Assembly: GCA_976551045.1 (NCBI GenBank)
Contig: CDPCPM010000104.1
Coordinates: forward strand, 1,302,001-1,366,000
From: Glaucostegus cemiculus
Taxonomy: Eukaryota
Direction: 5' to 3'
Length of the DNA: 64,000 nucleotides
Shown here: positions 51,843 to 64,000 of the stretch, piece after piece
Numbering within the stretch: position 1 is the stretch's first letter
Layout of the letters: the number at the start of each line of letters is the position of its first letter
Program-made: the position numbers and the translations under genes
The notes under the pieces: model-generated
What the model saw: the letters and a program-made list of their open reading frames with translations, nothing else
Database searches by the model: none
What the model was told of the DNA's origin: nothing

Positions 51843-53149
51843 GTCAACATCCCGACCCACAATGATGGAGGGTCTTAAATTCATTTATTACAAGAAAGGA
51901 ATGGATTCCAAGTAGTGTATTTGCTGTCCAGTGTTTGAAGTGGTCAAAGTGGAGGGGGATGGGAGCAGATGTGGTAAAATGTTCCAAACAGTGAGGGTCC
52001 CAGAAAGAGCAGGTAGAGTGAAATTGGTCCCAACAGTGAAAGGGTTGAGAGCCAGAGGGGATTGGCAGAGGTGCCTAAAGTAAAACTACACGCTATAACC
52101 TTAGCTATGCAGAAGTTACAGCATTTGGAATGTACAGCATTTGGATACATTGCCAGACAGGGTGGTATGGAGAGATGCAATCAAAAATTGAATTGGATAA
52201 GGATTTGAAAAAAATTGCAAGGCATCAGAATCAGAATCAGTTTATTGTTACTTTCATGTACACACACACACAGCATACATGAAGGCATGGGGAAAGGGCA
52301 GACTATTGGTACTAGTGGCACTGTTCTTGCAGACAGCCAGTATGGATTCTATAAACCAAATGGCCTTCATTTCTGCTGCTACCATTCTAAGATTTGGTGA
52401 AATGACATGCAGCAGTATGTGCCTACCTGCAGCTAGGGTTTTCATTCATCTTCAAGTATTGAGTACACTTCACACAGGATTACATGTATACTTTACACTG
52501 GATTATACTCCTAGGGTGATGAGGAGAAAATGTTTTCTCTTTTGTGGCTGTGAGATTTTCTGTTTGCAGAAAACCTGCTGAGACTCCCTGGGCATAGGTC
52601 AATAGAAGAGCACTGCCCACACAGAGGCAGATTAGCTCCTGGATATTAATTTGATCAAGTTTACAAACATGACTAAATCTGTGAGGGGTGTTTTAGAATG
52701 CACCAACAGATTTTCATGCATATAATAACCCTACCCCAAATGTACTCCTAGTGGGTAGAAGGAAATTATTAAAATAAATTATTATTTTAAAGGATTATGA
52801 ATGCCTATAATTATTCTTGGAATACCATGCAGAGTTTCACGGAGGAATATCAAGAATATAAATAAATTATTGATTCCTCAACTCACATACATTGCAGGTT
52901 AAACATACAAGAGATTTCTAAGATTATCACAGTGGAGAATTTAAAGAAGGCCCTGCAACAAAATGTTGTTAATAATGCTGGGTGTATTGTAATGTTACAC
53001 CTGAGGGTTAAGTGCTTTAACTGATTTTTTAAAACTACTGATGACAAACTGTTAATAATACGAATGTTTTCTGTCTGTTGACAAACAGTTGATTTCAGCT
53101 GCAATTGGCCAGCCATTTGGAGTCATGGTTTTAGTGAACAGTGATCCAT

Positions 53150-53272
53150 AGTTAAGATAGAGGGCTATGGGTAAGCCTAGCAATCTCTAGGGTAGGGACA
53201 TGTTTGGCACAGCTTTGTGGGCCGAAGGGCCTGAATTGTGCTGTAGTTTTTCTATGCTTCTATGTTTCTATC
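53150..53272 (+). mobile_element. CR1-type 3' terminus
   Basis: agagggctatgggtaagcctag...gggccgaagggcctgaattgtgctgtag...ttctatg. A related reverse copy lies at 58544-58665. Confidence 0.75.
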
Positions 53273-53594
53273 TACTGAGTCTTCACAGAAACTGAACAAT
53301 CGAGGAAATATAATGACAAAAAAAGTAATAGAATTGAATGCATGCAAGATAATAGGAGCTTCCAAGCACAATCTTGGAACTAGATTCTCCCATGAAAGGT
53401 TACTTGTCCTTGGTCACATGATAACCGTGGGTCCTTTACGACCAGATGAATACTTGCCAATACAGAGGAAACACTCTTGTGATGCAGTCACACTGCTTTC
53501 ACTCATAGCAAAGCACCATCTGCATTACGGGAAATGCTTAATCAGAACTTCACACGGTAATCAATCTAAGATATAGATAGAATCTAAGACATGT

Positions 53595-53850
53595 GGGCGG
53601 CACGATAGCATAGCGGTTAGCGCGACGCTGTTACAGCGCCAGTGATCGGGGTTTGATTCCCGTCGCTGACTGTAAGGAGTTTCTATGTTCTCCCGTGTCT
53701 GCTTGGGTTTCCTCCGGGTGCTCTGGTTTTTTCCCACATTCTGAAAGACGTACGGGTAGGTTAATTTGGGGATTTAAAAATGGGCGGCGCAGACTCATTG
53801 GGCCGAAAGGGCCTGTTACCACGCTGTAAATAAAATTAAAAAAAAAATAT
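53595..53850 (+). mobile_element. Young tRNA-derived V-domain SINE with A-rich tail
   Basis: gggcggcacgatagcatagcggttagcgcgacgctgttacagcgccagtgatcggggtttgattccc, V core, gggccgaaagggcctgttacc and an A-rich tail. CpG-rich. Confidence 0.92.
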
Positions 53851-53884
53851 ATATAATTTTATCAAAATAAAAGAAAGCTCTAAA

Positions 53885-54175
53885 TTTATATGACACCTTT
53901 TCTAACCTCAGGATGTCCTGAAATATCTTTTAACTATGATGCTCATCTATTTGTTTAGTCACTGTTTTAAATTGGGGAAACAATGCGGACAATTCACACA
54001 CAGTTAGATCCCATGAACGATCTCCTGATCATTCACTTCAGCAGATATGTTTAGGGAATGATCATGGGTCAGGACATGGAGAAAACCCTCAAACCTGAGC
54101 TCTTTCTGTCAAATAGTGCCATGGGATGTTACACGCCCATACGAGGGGCCAAAAATCTCACCCAAATGATGGAAA
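53885..54175 (-). mobile_element. Deu-domain SINE relic
   Basis: atttatatgacaccttttctaacctcaggatgtcctgaaa...aaatagtgccatgggatgttacacgcccat. Confidence 0.55.
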
Positions 54176-54284
54176 TACTTATAAGTGAAAAAGCCCTGCA
54201 ATAATTTTAATGTTTTCTGAATCTTGCCCTTCCTGAATGAAAAGTGACAGACAAATTGGGGTAAACAACTATGTGGGTTCAGTA

Positions 54285-54532
54285 TTCAGAACCAGATAAG
54301 GTAGGAGAATCTCCGGAATTCTCTACCCCAGGTAGTTGTGGAGGTTAGATCACCTGAAATATTGAAAGTGAAGATGGATACATCTTTGAAACATCAGGGC
54401 ATTTAGAGCAATGGGAACCTGGCACAGAGGAGTTGAGGCCTGGGGTAGATGAGCCATGATCATATAGAATGGCGGGGCAGGCTTAAGGATCCAGGTGCCC
54501 TACTCCTGCTCCTACTTTCTTGTATTCTTGCG
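54285..54532 (+). mobile_element. CR1-type LINE 3' end
   Basis: ggaattctctaccccaggtagttgtggagg...gaatggcggggcaggcttaagg...cctactcctgctcctactttcttgtattcttg. Confidence 0.75.
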
Positions 54533-55076
54533 AGAACATTGAACAGTGAGCAGCTTAAGTTAACCTCCATGGGTTTATGCATACCACGATTCTGTTAGTT
54601 GCATGGAGTAGGATTGGATTCATGTACAGTCCAGATTGAAGGTGTTGGGGGGGGGTGGCATTTGGGGTGTGGAGGGAATGCAGGGCTTTAATGAACCAGT
54701 TGGTTTTCACCAGCATGTCTTCTGCTGACAAACTACAAAAAAACAGAGTTATTCAACACAGTTCCACAACTTGCCACCTCTCTATGTTGCCAACCCAGTA
54801 TAGGAACCACATTTTCACAACCTTATCTTGGAATAAAGCATTAAACCTTTTGGTTGAACATCCAAGAACTTGTTGCGCTGATACAAGTAAACTCACCTTT
54901 CTACTTGGATCAGCAATAACTTGCCAAGGTGCTTGAACACTGAAGGCTTCAGAAAGTGTGGGGAACAAACGTCAAAGGACAGGGTTAGCCAGGATTGTAC
55001 TGAGTTGCAGAGCGAGGTCAAATGCCATGTGACCTGCTCCTACATCTATTTCTTGTGTTCTTTTGTCCCTTCACAT

Positions 55077-55370
55077 TGGTGCCACTGTTAGAGCTGCTGC
55101 TTCACAGTGCCAGAGACCCAGGTTTTCCCTGCAACTGCATAGGTTTCCGCTGGGTGCTCTGGTTTTCTCCTACGTCCCAAAGGTGTGGCCGTTGGTAGGT
55201 TAGTTTGCCATTGTAAATTGCCCCTAGTGTGGAGGTGAATGGTGTAATCCAGGGGGAGGGGCAGAATGAGCCAATAAAAATATGGGGAGAATAAAAAATG
55301 GGATTATTGTAGGATTAGTGTAAATGGGTGGTTGATGGTTGGTGCAGACTTGGTGGGTCTTTATGACCTA
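55077..55370 (+). mobile_element. V-domain SINE with internal deletion
   Basis: agagctgctgcttcacagtgccagagacccagg joins directly to the V core. Then gttggtaggttagtttgccattgtaaattgcccctagtgt. Confidence 0.8.
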
Positions 55371-56679
55371 GCACAATAAAAGGAAGTATTCCATTGTAAC
55401 TCCTGAATACAAAAACATTTATATTTTTTGCCATTATTAATTGAAATGAAACTATGGTAATATAGCCAGGAATTATCATTGAAATACTCAAAATGGCTCA
55501 TACCAAAATCCTCTCTCTGTTTCAATACCTTTTTTCACTATTAACTTGGCAAGTTAGGAATTTGGTACAACCACAGTAGGTGTTCATACAATTACATCAA
55601 CAAAAGTTTTCTTCCTCATTTCTAAGCAGTTATTCCTGTATTAAAAGAATGATGCTTTAAAAATGTTCCTATTTTGTTTATCAAATGATGTATCTGAAAC
55701 CTTCTGCACAATTAATTAAAATAAATCACTGCAATATCATTGTGCTGGTCAACACCTTACAGAAAATGTATCAACAGAAGTGATTTACCTCCTTTACATA
55801 ACTCAAGAGCGCAAATGCCATTTTATAATCCAGAATTGGAATTCCAAACCTTTCAGCTGCTCTGCCCATTATATATGCACTTAGTCAATTAATAAAGATT
55901 GAACTATTTTGCAGGTGTATTTTTTTAAATATTATTAAATTTCTATTTCACAAAAATGATGGCAAAAATAACCCTGTCGTTCTGATTAAAAACCATTAAA
56001 ATATGTAATTTAAAATATATATTTGAAATAAAGACAGAACACATTGCTCAAAGCAGTTATGAAGGTTAAATATCATCCAGATATCAGGGCAATCGTTCAA
56101 AATTAGTACTTGGACAGACTCTGGGGTTAGGATCAAAGTGGTTACAGTCAGCACCCAATCTGTATGATTCCTGTATTATTCCTCACCAGCATGAACTGTG
56201 CTAGTATAGATAATCCTCATCCCCCAGCTTTCATTTTTCATCCCCACTATCCCCAGAAGATACAATGGGCAAAGAAACATAACAACTAAAGATTTGATCA
56301 GAAATATAACTGCTAAAAGGATGGAATTTATACACTCCCACACTTTGGATACTTTCTGTGTGCAAACTGGCTGCTGCATCTCCTACATTACAATAAGATC
56401 TACATTTCAAAAGTTCTCTATTGGCTGTAGAGTGCTCTGGGATGACCTGGGTGCATGAATAAAGCATCTGCTTTCTTTCAATGAAGACCTCAGTAAGCCA
56501 ATAGGAACCTGTTAAAAATTATTTCATTGAAAGATCTTATTTTGGAGTCGAGCTAAGCATGGAGAAGGGTCTACCATTTGAAACCGAGACATGTTTTTTT
56601 TCTTTTCGCAGATGCTGCCTGCCCTGCTGAGTGCCTCCAGCAATTTCTCTTTGTATTTCCAACACACCGTCCAAGATTG

Positions 56680-57024
56680 ACACAGTGGTGCAGCCAGCAG
56701 AGCTGCTGCCTCACAATTCCAGTGATCCAGGTTCAATTCTGACTTTGGGTGCTGACTGTGTGGAGTTTGCACATCCTCCCTGTGGCAGATGAGTTTCCTC
56801 TGGCTACTCTGGTTTCCAACCACATCTCAAAGAAGAGAGGATTGGTAGGTTAATTGGCTGCCTTAAATTGTGTAGATAAATGTAGAATCTGGGGGGGAGA
56901 CTTGATGGGAATGTGGGGAGAATAAAATGAATTAGGGTAGGCTTCGGGTAAATGGATGCTTGGTGGTCTGCACAGACAGTGGGCTGAAGGGCCAGTTTCT
57001 GTGTTGTATCCCTCTATGACTCTA
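56680..57024 (+). mobile_element. V-domain SINE (HE1-like)
   Basis: acacagtggtgcagccagcagagctgctgcctcacaattccagtgatccaggttcaattctgac...gggctgaagggccagtttctgtgttgtatccctctatgactcta. Confidence 0.85.
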
Positions 57025-59439
57025 TCAGTCAAACAGATAGTAGGTTAAATGACATCAGGCACTCCCAGTATCAGCCATTCAATCCCTGATATTATGTGAG
57101 GGCCAATAGGGACTAAAAAGACAGCTTAATTTTTATGATCAGGAAAGCTTGCCTGCTCTATTTAATGGGGTCTTGTTAATTATCAGAAGGTGAATAATAA
57201 ACATTGAAAAAAACAGAAATTCAAATCAATTCAGAAAACAACTTCTCTTTCTCGGTATGTACTTTTTGGAAACTCAGATATATAAGTATCTGTCAAATTC
57301 CCCAGTGTGCAGGCAATGTGTGGTTTGCCAGAGCCACATGTGGGGATAATATTAGAAAGCTTGCAGCAGTCAGCTCCTTGTAGTCTTTCAGTTTCACACT
57401 TCATTGTTTCAGTCGAAGTGCTCCCCATTTTCCCCCCTCTCTAATTTCTAAATGTTCCAGGCATTACCACCTGACAAGCTTTTCATCACTTTCAAATGCT
57501 GTAGTGTACCGCAAACCACAAACCACTTTGTAGTATCAGGTCCATCTGATGCCAGTGTGCTTTGTGAAGTAATTTTCTGAGAACACAGTAATTAGGCAGT
57601 ACTCAGGGGCTGCATATTTGTTGCTTATTAAAACAAATTAAGTTCTATTTTGAATTCGTTTGGCCCATACATCCATGTGGTTTCCATTCAGTGGCTTTAC
57701 GTTTTTTTTTTGAACAAGCTAATAATTACTTTTTTTGTTTTATTATAGTTAAAGGATTTTTTTCTGTTTAGCTAAGGCAGGATGCAGTAATAAGAGACAG
57801 TTGCTGAAAACAGGCCTAGCAGGAGGATATACTGAATGTGCGTGTGTGGGCCTTTTAAATAAATGACTACGGGTGAAGTTGAGGAGAGCAAGTAATACAA
57901 TACAATGCTTGAACAATATAACTCCACTCAGTACAGCTGGATTACTAGACAATTTGTAAGATCATTACCTGGCAGTGAACAAATAAAAATCAATTGTAAT
58001 ATCATTTGATAGCTTTACGGTGCAAAGAAAAAGATTAACACAGGTTTAATCTCTTGAAAGTGCAGAAGTGGGATCAAATGTTGTAAGAGGTGCAATGATT
58101 TGTTGACAACATTTCTACCTCTGTTTTTACCTGAATCAAATAATTAACGGGCAATAAAATTGGAGAGTGAATGGTGCTCAAGCAAGTTTAATATCCATTT
58201 CTTAGCCCTTAACCAGGGCTGGCCTAAGTCTTGCTGCAGGGTCACACTCACTGAAAACAACCCTGGTTTTAGCTAGGTTAGCTGATCTTAACCAGGACGC
58301 TAACAAGACAACTACATCTGGTATCACTGATCCTTTGTTATTGAAGAGAAGGAAAAAAAAGACCAGATTTGTTCTGGAAGGTACACGTGCAGATATCAGG
58401 TGAAGGTAGGATCTGATTATGACATTCTCTGCAATCAAAATGCCTGCTAACACTCACCAGATGGCCTCAAGCCTAAGTAGTTACTTAGATGGGGGAGTAG
58501 TAAAGAATTATACTGAAGTACGAGCCCATGGTTCCAGAGGAGGAACATAGAACATAGAACATAGAACACTAGAGCACAGTACAGGCCCTTTGGCCCACAA
58601 TGTTGTGCCGACATTTTATCCTGCTCTAAGATCTATCTAACTCTTCCCTCCCACATAGCCCCCTGTTATCCTCCTGAGGTTGAATATCGGGAAGAAAATG
58701 AATTTATGAAACAAAAACGGTTTAATAAATGAAACTTGTGCAAGTTAAACAAAATGCACATTCTGAAAGCGTAAACTATTAAAGGAAACTCCCATAAGAC
58801 TCATATGGCTTACCAGCTGCTGGGCTGGTTCGTCCTGATCTCCATTTTGTTCCTTGATGTGGATCCACCAATCTGATTACAATTGCTTCAAGCTACTATC
58901 CAAGTTCACACAGTCCTCTCCGTCCACTCAGAGCAGAACTGTGGCCAGAAATAGACATAAAGAGGTTCCTTTTGCTTCACGGGATGTTGCGCAGGGTTTG
59001 AGCATTCCAGTGTGCACACAGTGTACAACAGGCACCCAACCATAGTTCTGTCTCATGTGGTTCTTCCAATAACTTGATCAAAGAACCTGTGCCCACTAGG
59101 CATTCTGTTAAACTAATTATATGGCTGTAATAGCAGGAGGTGGACTGATAACAGAAGTGTAGCTTTGCACAGGTGCATTGACAATTCATAACTAACACTG
59201 AGGGGATGTATGATTGTTTCTCCAAATCTCTTCAACAGCCGCAGCACCAGGAACTAGCTGCATCTATAAATGCCTTCAATGCAAGCAAAATATCCTACAC
59301 TATTTCACAGAGACGAATGGTAAAAATGTCAAGCTGAAGACATGGAGGTTAGGAGAGGTGGCCAAATGCTTGGTCATAGAGGGTACCTTTAATATGAACT
59401 GAGATTTACACCTGATTACACAGATTTACACCTGATTAC

Positions 59440-59760
59440 ACCTGACCTCAGTCCTATACATCTGACATCATACCCTGAGACAGTGACCCCTACTCTAGAT
59501 TCCCTACTAAAAAAAACTCTCAGCATCTCTGGAACCTTATATTTCAGTGAGATACTCCTCATTCTTTTAAACTCCAGATTATATGGACCCGTTCTACCTT
59601 AACTTCCCTCTAAGATAGTCCTTATATCCCAGGAATCCATTCAATAAGCATTAACTGCATTGCATCCATTGCAAATACATTATTTTTCAAACCTGAAGAC
59701 CAAAACAGCACATGGTGTGGTCTCCCTAATATCCTCTACAGTTGCAGTAACACTCTATTA
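59440..59760 (-). mobile_element. Decayed CR1-type LINE fragment
   Basis: cagtgacccctactctagattccc...gtgagatactcctcattcttttaaactcc...gaagaccaaaacagcaca, typical of a reverse ORF2 C-terminal region. Confidence 0.5.
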
Positions 59761-60156
59761 TACTTAAGCATCTGGCTTACCAATATCTAATGGGAGAAAC
59801 TCATCAGTTCATCCCAGAGAAGTAGAGAATGGATTTGAACAGGGTAAAGCTACATTTATTCTGTCTAAATAAGGCACAGAGAGCATCTTTAATCTTCTCA
59901 CGAGAAGTTTCTCTATGATCCACATGTATGATGAACTAAATCTAAGCTCTTTTCAAACCTAGAAACTTGAGCACCAGCAAAGAATCTCCACCACTGGCTT
60001 CGACTGCAGTCAAATCCAACTTCCACTATTGAAAGCACTGTAAATGACACTCCTTTGATGACCCATTGAGCTGTTGGCTTACCAGTGTATCAGCAACAAT
60101 GTTTAAAGGAAATGAATGAAGCGACCACAGCAAGCCCACATACACCCTTCAGTTCA

Positions 60157-60435
<279 letters not shown>

Positions 60436-61474
60436 TTACAATCAAACTCAGAAACCAGTTTCTATAAGGAGCACTTTATTTTACCTTTAACTTGACTTAA
60501 TCTTCAAACTCTATCTAGTTTTCCTGTTTGACCTATAATATGGCTCCAGTAATGTTTGTCTCAGTAATGATCACTGACACACAGATCATTTTATATCAGG
60601 TTTTATCTAAGTAATGCACAAAGGAATCAGACTTGAAGCATAATAACTTTGAAAATAACTGGATTTTATCTACTGTACCATCCAGTCTGTTTTCATCTGA
60701 GAGATGATACCACACTCACAGCACAGCACATAAAACTACAAACCACAGGTCTTTGATTTTCCACCATGCACTACCATTAGACACTGCCTCCTGCTGGGAG
60801 AACAGATTTGTTTATTTTTCAGTGGTCTTCATTGATCCAAAAGTCCCTGCAACTAATGAACATGGCAGGGTCTAGGGAATCTCGTGCCTTGAGCCCCAAT
60901 TTTCCCGTGTACATCCCTTCCTCCATAATAGCGGAAGTATATGCACGAGGTGGCCTATATGGTCTTTAGCTCAGCTCAATGGAAAAGATCCTGGCGTTGA
61001 AAGGGAATGATGTGTATTTAAAAAAAAACAATCATTACAGGGATAAAATATAATTGACCAAAGCTGAACTTTACACCAAATAAAACACACTTGGACAGTG
61101 TTTGTGGAATTAGTGATGGTGAATCAGCCCTCTCTTTCTCTCTCTCTCTTGATTTCAATGGAAATAAAAACCAAGGAGATATAAAATTGGCTGCTCTCTC
61201 CCACCAAAACTTACACTGACCACCATGACTCTTGGACTGGCTGGGTGCTGAAATCTACTTTTTAAGCAAAAAAAAATCTGCTCTTCATTTTAAGGTTGAG
61301 ACGAAGTGTGCTGGAATTCTGGAAATAGGGAAAATGAAATGACTTTTACTTCCATCTTTTTGAAAACCATTTAAGAATTATAAATGAATTTTGAAAAGAC
61401 ATATTTTTATTAATGTTCCAATCCTCCCTTCCCGGCCCGATTATGACATGAGAAATTGGAACCCTTCACCATAC

Positions 61475-61622
61475 CTTGGCGCAGTTTTCACATTCGTAGT
61501 GCTTGCCACTGTCATGTGACATCTGGTGACGAATGAGATTCGACTTCCAGTTGAAGGCTTTTGGGCACTGGTCGCACTTGTATTCTCTCTCCTCCGTGTG
61601 TGTCAGCAGGTGTCTGTCCAGG
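61475..61622 (-). CDS. MECOM: MECOM/EVI1 exon: second half of ZF2, ZF3, first half of ZF4
   Basis: Minus strand reads cag|C CTG GAC...GCC AAG|gtatgg, 148 nt. Translates [49 protein letters not shown], recognisable as EVI1. Not in the ORF track. Confidence 0.96.
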
Positions 61623-62799
61623 CTGCTGAGTCAGTAAGAGAGACCCCATTACTTCCATTCTCTCTTGCTAGGACAGCCTCTGCCTTACTTGGACCCCACA
61701 AGGCTTTGAGCACATTATCATTCCCAGTCTAAAATGAGTAACGCAGCAACTTAAAAGAAAAATTGGCCGGGGCGCTATTGTTCTATGAGTAATATTTCCC
61801 TCAATTCTTTGCCTTTCTTAGAGACTGTTGGTTCATAATGGGGCTTTGGCCCAATGCACACTGGCAGTTTAAACCACAATGCCAAAGTATCCATTCTTTA
61901 TTCACAAGCTTAGTTGTGATGAGTGGTAGGAAGCTATATTAATGCTGAGTGCTTGATTGCTAAGCCTGATCTTGTCTAACCCAATTTTGTACCTGGATAT
62001 TTCCTGGCAGGAGTCACTGATGAAAGTTAGGGGTGGATCCTGGCTAGTTGAGGCCAGTTGTAGCATGTCTCCAATCAACTTCAGTGGTTTTATTTCTCAT
62101 CAATGTGTTTATTTTGGTGTAGTAACAGCAAGCCATATGTTGCCAAATATTTGTGCATTTTGGTGGCATATTTCATATGTCCACATATTCACAATAACTC
62201 TCAACTAAGCATAAGTTTGACAAAGGGAAAGTTGTTTGGGTTGTGGGGCAGGCTAAATTAATTAAGAGATAATGTCCCTGCACCAGTCAGACACAGCTCC
62301 ACTGTACAGTTATATGTACGGCAATCTCCGAGGTACGCATGTACTCTCTAGTATTCCATCTTTCCCTGAGTGTTTTGCCCAGAAATTTGAGTGCATCCTA
62401 ATGGGTGGGAGCAGCAGTTGCATGTCAATGACCCTTTGATTGCCAACCCTATTTGAAAACTTCTTTGGTCATCAGGAGTAGGAGAATAGGCCCCGCATAT
62501 TATCAAAACCACAAGTATGTTGCCTGGTCTTCCTTCCCAAGTGTAAGATCTGGACAGTCAGCGCCTATTGAGGGTTGAGTATATAGGTGGTGGAGGGGTG
62601 GGATGAAAGTCAGAGGCTGGCATTTCAGAAGTATGCGGAAAGGGAAACAGATCAGGAAATTGGCATTTTTATTGAGGTGAGGAGTGTGAAGGGAATTATA
62701 GGGTCAAGTGGGATGGAACATTGAAGACATATTAGGGACTAGAGATTGAAGGGGAAGAGGGGTTGGTGCTGTCTAAAAAAGATAAGCCATTCATTTATA

Positions 62800-62897
62800 C
62801 GGTATGCACCCTCGTCCGTACTATGGTAAACTGCTGCAAAACAACAAATTTCACAACATGTAGGTCAGTGATAATAAGCCTGATTCTGATTCTGATA
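62800..62897 (+). mobile_element. LINE 3' tail with (CTGATT)n
   Basis: aacaacaaatttcacaacatgtaggtcagtgataataagcctgattctgattctgat. A similar tail in reverse orientation lies at 52224-52260. Confidence 0.6.
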
Positions 62898-63004
62898 CTG
62901 TTCAGGTCAACCTGTCTATCCCGGGCATGCCCAGTAATGGCTACCCCGACAACAATGTGATCTAAATTCCCTGTAACACTCCAGAAGTAGCACTGCATAG
63001 GGAA

Positions 63005-63430
63005 TATTGTCATTCCACGTGGCCCGACGAGACATCCTATCAGAGGCGCAAGAGTGACTCACATCAGAGTGACGCAAAACCAACACAGGAAATAAATGAA
63101 ATCAATTTTCTGCTGCATAATACTAAATAATGAACATTGTACACTTGAATTTCTCAGCATCTAGCTTTGGAGGGCACTTTTTCTCATGAACTCTACTAAA
63201 TATTAAAGAAAGAAACATAATTCAACCATTCCCAAAGGATTAATTCCAATGAAAATACTAGCATAAGCTAGAACTGTCAGTCAACATTGTCCCTACGACC
63301 AGGCCCCGCCTGCCTCCTATTTATCAGCAGGAACTGTGCCAACACTGTTGACTGACAAGTTAAAAGGTGAAACAACTAACTTCACATTCCTGTAGCTCAA
63401 AGCTTGCAGGCGGAACTGAAAATGGATTGT
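63005..63430. promoter_or_regulatory. Candidate intronic regulatory element
   Basis: CCACGTGG 63015, TGACTCA 63055, TGACGCAA 63070, and a GC box, GATA and ETS-like motifs at about 63300-63335. CpG is locally elevated. Motifs only. Confidence 0.35.
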
Positions 63431-64000
63431 TTTGGCTCAGGGCAATAGAGAAAGACTCAAAGCGTAAATAAGGAAAGGCCAGGTCTGGATTTAATGTCGA
63501 GCAGTCAAAAGCACTGGACTTGCTGTCAAAATTAGTGGTGACATTGCAGAACAGAATACTTATTCCACACATTTTACCAGGAACCGACGATGTGATTGAA
63601 AAAAGAATATCCTTCAAACTAGTAAAGTGATAAATAATAATTAGACCACAAACAGTAAGGAATAAGACAGAAACTTTGCTGGCGATTTTTGAGGCACATA
63701 ATTTATCTGCTTTCATCGTACTACTGCACTTTCATCCTGTTTGTTTGACACATATGCCGTCAGCATATGGAATAATCCTACGGTAGAGCATTTGTTTTAA
63801 AGTTGAAAATTCCAAAGCTCTCTTTTCCTGTACATTTTACTATCAACACCTGCAACAAGATAGGACTTTGCGGCTTTTTTTGTCAAACATTACGGAGAGA
63901 CAATAACATCTATTGAGGTCACTCAGAGGGCAAAGCTTAGTTACAGGATTGTGCTCAGCAGAGTGACATTTCCCTTTTGCCTTATTGGCATCAGGAAGTG

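Noticed and set aside
53595-53670. tRNA gene
   Set aside because: The A/B-box head runs directly into a V-domain core and tail, and many copies exist in the window. It is a SINE.
59401-59447. 20-bp tandem duplication (also 21 bp at ~33926 and 12 bp at ~33502)
   Set aside because: These are ordinary slippage-type micro-duplications with no functional signal.

Overview
Eukaryotic, AT-rich vertebrate DNA. The repeat content (V-domain and Deu-domain SINEs, CR1, Rex1/Babar and Penelope-like relics) suggests a cartilaginous fish; this is an inference. The whole window lies inside one minus-strand gene, MECOM (EVI1/PRDM3). I mapped nine coding exons with GT-AG boundaries and matching phases: 61622-61475, 60372-60219, 45523-44164, 41014-40927, the 27-nt microexon 32591-32565, 29709-29543, 26316-26239, 22329-22160 and 17835-17691. 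They encode the second half of ZF2 through ZF7, the CtBP-binding repression region, ZF8-10 and the start of the C-terminal region. I did not find the PR/SET, ZF1 or acidic-domain exons, which presumably lie outside the window. The rest is intron: decayed retroelements, several nested insertions, a degenerate 34-bp minisatellite and a few candidate enhancers. No prokaryote-type system such as a CRISPR array or operon is present, and I cannot claim a new biological system. The best leads are a TSD-flanked 2.3-kb inverted Penelope-like insertion about 100 nt from a MECOM acceptor, the conserved 9-aa microexon, apparent loss of the mammalian delta-324 acceptor, NAGNAG acceptors inside zinc fingers, and hammerhead-like relics. 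All repeat family calls were made by eye and repeat boundaries are approximate.
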